The position numbers and the translations under genes were made by a program. Of a stretch of DNA of 45,859 nt, positions 44,921 through 45,859 are shown piece after piece; position 1 is the stretch's first letter, and the number at the start of each line of letters is the position of its first letter. Under the pieces are notes generated by a model that was given only the letters and a program-made list of their open reading frames with translations, searched no databases and was not told the origin of the DNA. Origin of the DNA: Gemmatimonadales bacterium (lineage in GTDB: Bacteria; Gemmatimonadota; Gemmatimonadetes; Gemmatimonadales; Gemmatimonadaceae); NCBI GenBank assembly GCA_038322445.1, contig JBBQFW010000001.1, positions 1-45,859 on the forward strand. The letters run 5' to 3'.

Positions 44921-45859
44921 ATGAATTCTTCGCGTGTCCTTTCCCACGTCGCGTTCGTCGCGGCCGCCGTCGTCGCCCTGGCCGCGCCTGTCCGCGCGCA
45001 GGACAGAAGCGCCGCGACCGCAGTGCAATACCTCTCCGGCACGGGCAGCGACAGCACGGTGGCCTGGGACTTCCGCGTGAGTGGCGGGCGCAAGGCGGGC
45101 GTATGGTCCACTATCCCGGTGCCATCCAACTGGGAGATGCAGGGCTTCGGCACGTACAAGTACAGCGACGACTGGTCGAAGACGCCGGCGCCGGACAGCG
45201 TGGGCGAATATCGCCACACGTTCACCGTGCCGGCGGCGTGGCGCGGGAAGCGCGTGACGCTCGTCGTCGGCGCCTCGATGACCGACACCGACGTCCGGAT
45301 CAACGGTCGCCCTGCGGGTCCGATCCATCGCGGCGGCTTCTACGAGTTCCGCTACGACATCACCGACCTGGTGAAACCCGGCGAGGCCAATCAGCTCGAC
45401 GTGACTGTGAAAAAGTTCTCGTCGGACTCGTCGATCAATCGCGCGGAACGCCAGTCCGACTTCTGGCTCTTCGGCGGCATCTTCCGGCCCGTGTGGCTCG
45501 AGGCCACCCCGGTGCAGCACATCACGCACGTGGCCATCGACGCGAAGCACACCGGAGCCTTCAGCGCGGACGTCGACGTCGACAGTGCACGGGCCGGCAC
45601 GCGACTCACGGCGCAGGTGGAGAGCCTTGGTGGTGCGGCCGTGGGTGCACCCTTCTCCGTGGCAGTGCCGACGGGCCGTTCACGCGTGACGATCACGTCC
45701 ACCCTCAAGGGCGTCAAGCAGTGGTCGGCCGAGTGGCCGAATCTCTATCGCGTGCGCTTCCGCCTCGCGAGCAGTGGCGCACCAACGCACGAAGTGGTGC
45801 AGCGCTTCGGCTTCCGCACGATCGACGTCCGTCCGCACGATGGATTCTACGTGAACGGA
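44921..45859 (+). CDS. glycoside hydrolase family 2 protein, N-terminal part (runs off the window end)
   Basis: My translation from ATG 44921 is open for 313 codons to the end of the window. Signal peptide MNSSRVLSHVAFVAAAVVALAAPVRAQ. GH2 sugar-binding-domain features VPSNWEMQGFGTYKY and SDFWLFGGIFRPVWLE. Absent from the ORF track because it has no stop in the window. Confidence 0.8.
   Translation, partial: MNSSRVLSHVAFVAAAVVALAAPVRAQDRSAATAVQYLSGTGSDSTVAWDFRVSGGRKAGVWSTIPVPSNWEMQGFGTYKYSDDWSKTPAPDSVGEYRHTFTVPAAWRGKRVTLVVGASMTDTDVRINGRPAGPIHRGGFYEFRYDITDLVKPGEANQLDVTVKKFSSDSSINRAERQSDFWLFGGIFRPVWLEATPVQHITHVAIDAKHTGAFSADVDVDSARAGTRLTAQVESLGGAAVGAPFSVAVPTGRSRVTITSTLKGVKQWSAEWPNLYRVRFRLASSGAPTHEVVQRFGFRTIDVRPHDGFYVNG

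Noticed and set aside
44324-45550. 408-aa minus-strand ORF
   Set aside because: It is antisense to the GH2 gene, whose frame has clear family motifs, and it reads straight through the REP-like repeats (FVIPAHARIH...FVIPAHAGIH).
1-45859. Search for mobile elements, prophage, toxin-antitoxin or known defence genes
   Set aside because: I found no transposase, integrase, recombinase, phage structural, restriction-modification, Cas or recognisable TA motifs in any convincing frame. The only hints of horizontal DNA are the AT-rich island and the gene fragments listed in the findings.

Overview
This is a high-GC (roughly two-thirds G+C by eye) chromosomal segment from a Gram-negative bacterium. The mix of TonB/FecR/ECF signalling, FadL, PAP2, DUF4403-like and lipoprotein genes, plus the codon style, suggests a Gemmatimonadota- or Acidobacteriota-like soil organism; that is inference only. 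It is densely packed, mostly with housekeeping, envelope and nutrient-acquisition genes. In order they are:
- tilS-hpt-ftsH
- a large secreted HExxH/PD40 protein
- malate synthase
- a FadL-type porin plus an SGNH lipase
- a DEAD-box helicase
- a CPBP protease
- dUTPase
- a lytic transglycosylase / LysM pair
- a five-gene coupled operon (hypothetical, SET-domain protein, hypothetical, fumarylacetoacetase, DUF4403-like lipoprotein)
- a D-TA-family PLP enzyme
- phosphoglucomutase
- an ECF sigma / FecR / STN-TonB-receptor module
- two PAP2 phosphatases
- a second DUF4403-like gene
- a sugar ABC transporter
- an IorAB-type molybdo-oxidoreductase
- a GntP permease
- the 5' part of a GH2 glycosidase

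I recognised no rRNA, tRNA, CRISPR array, transposase, integrase or phage gene.

Features the gene list does not explain:
- a composite hairpin (REP-like) repeat at four loci, all in the same orientation
- a second hairpin repeat family
- a 14-bp tandem array upstream of pgm
- a ~150-bp island of about 31% GC containing a perfect palindrome
- a highly structured about 230-nt intergenic unit with a perfect extended Shine-Dalgarno, a 14-codon mini-ORF and a strong terminator
- four broken or fragmentary genes: a REC/HisKA/CheB mosaic remnant, a frameshifted and truncated ECF sigma, an in-frame TAG in a coiled-coil membrane protein, and a truncated lipoprotein

The best candidate for an undescribed system is the tightly coupled SET-domain operon. 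This call rests on architecture and motifs only; no database search was possible. Most long ORFs in the supplied track that overlap the genes listed here are high-GC shadow ORFs.
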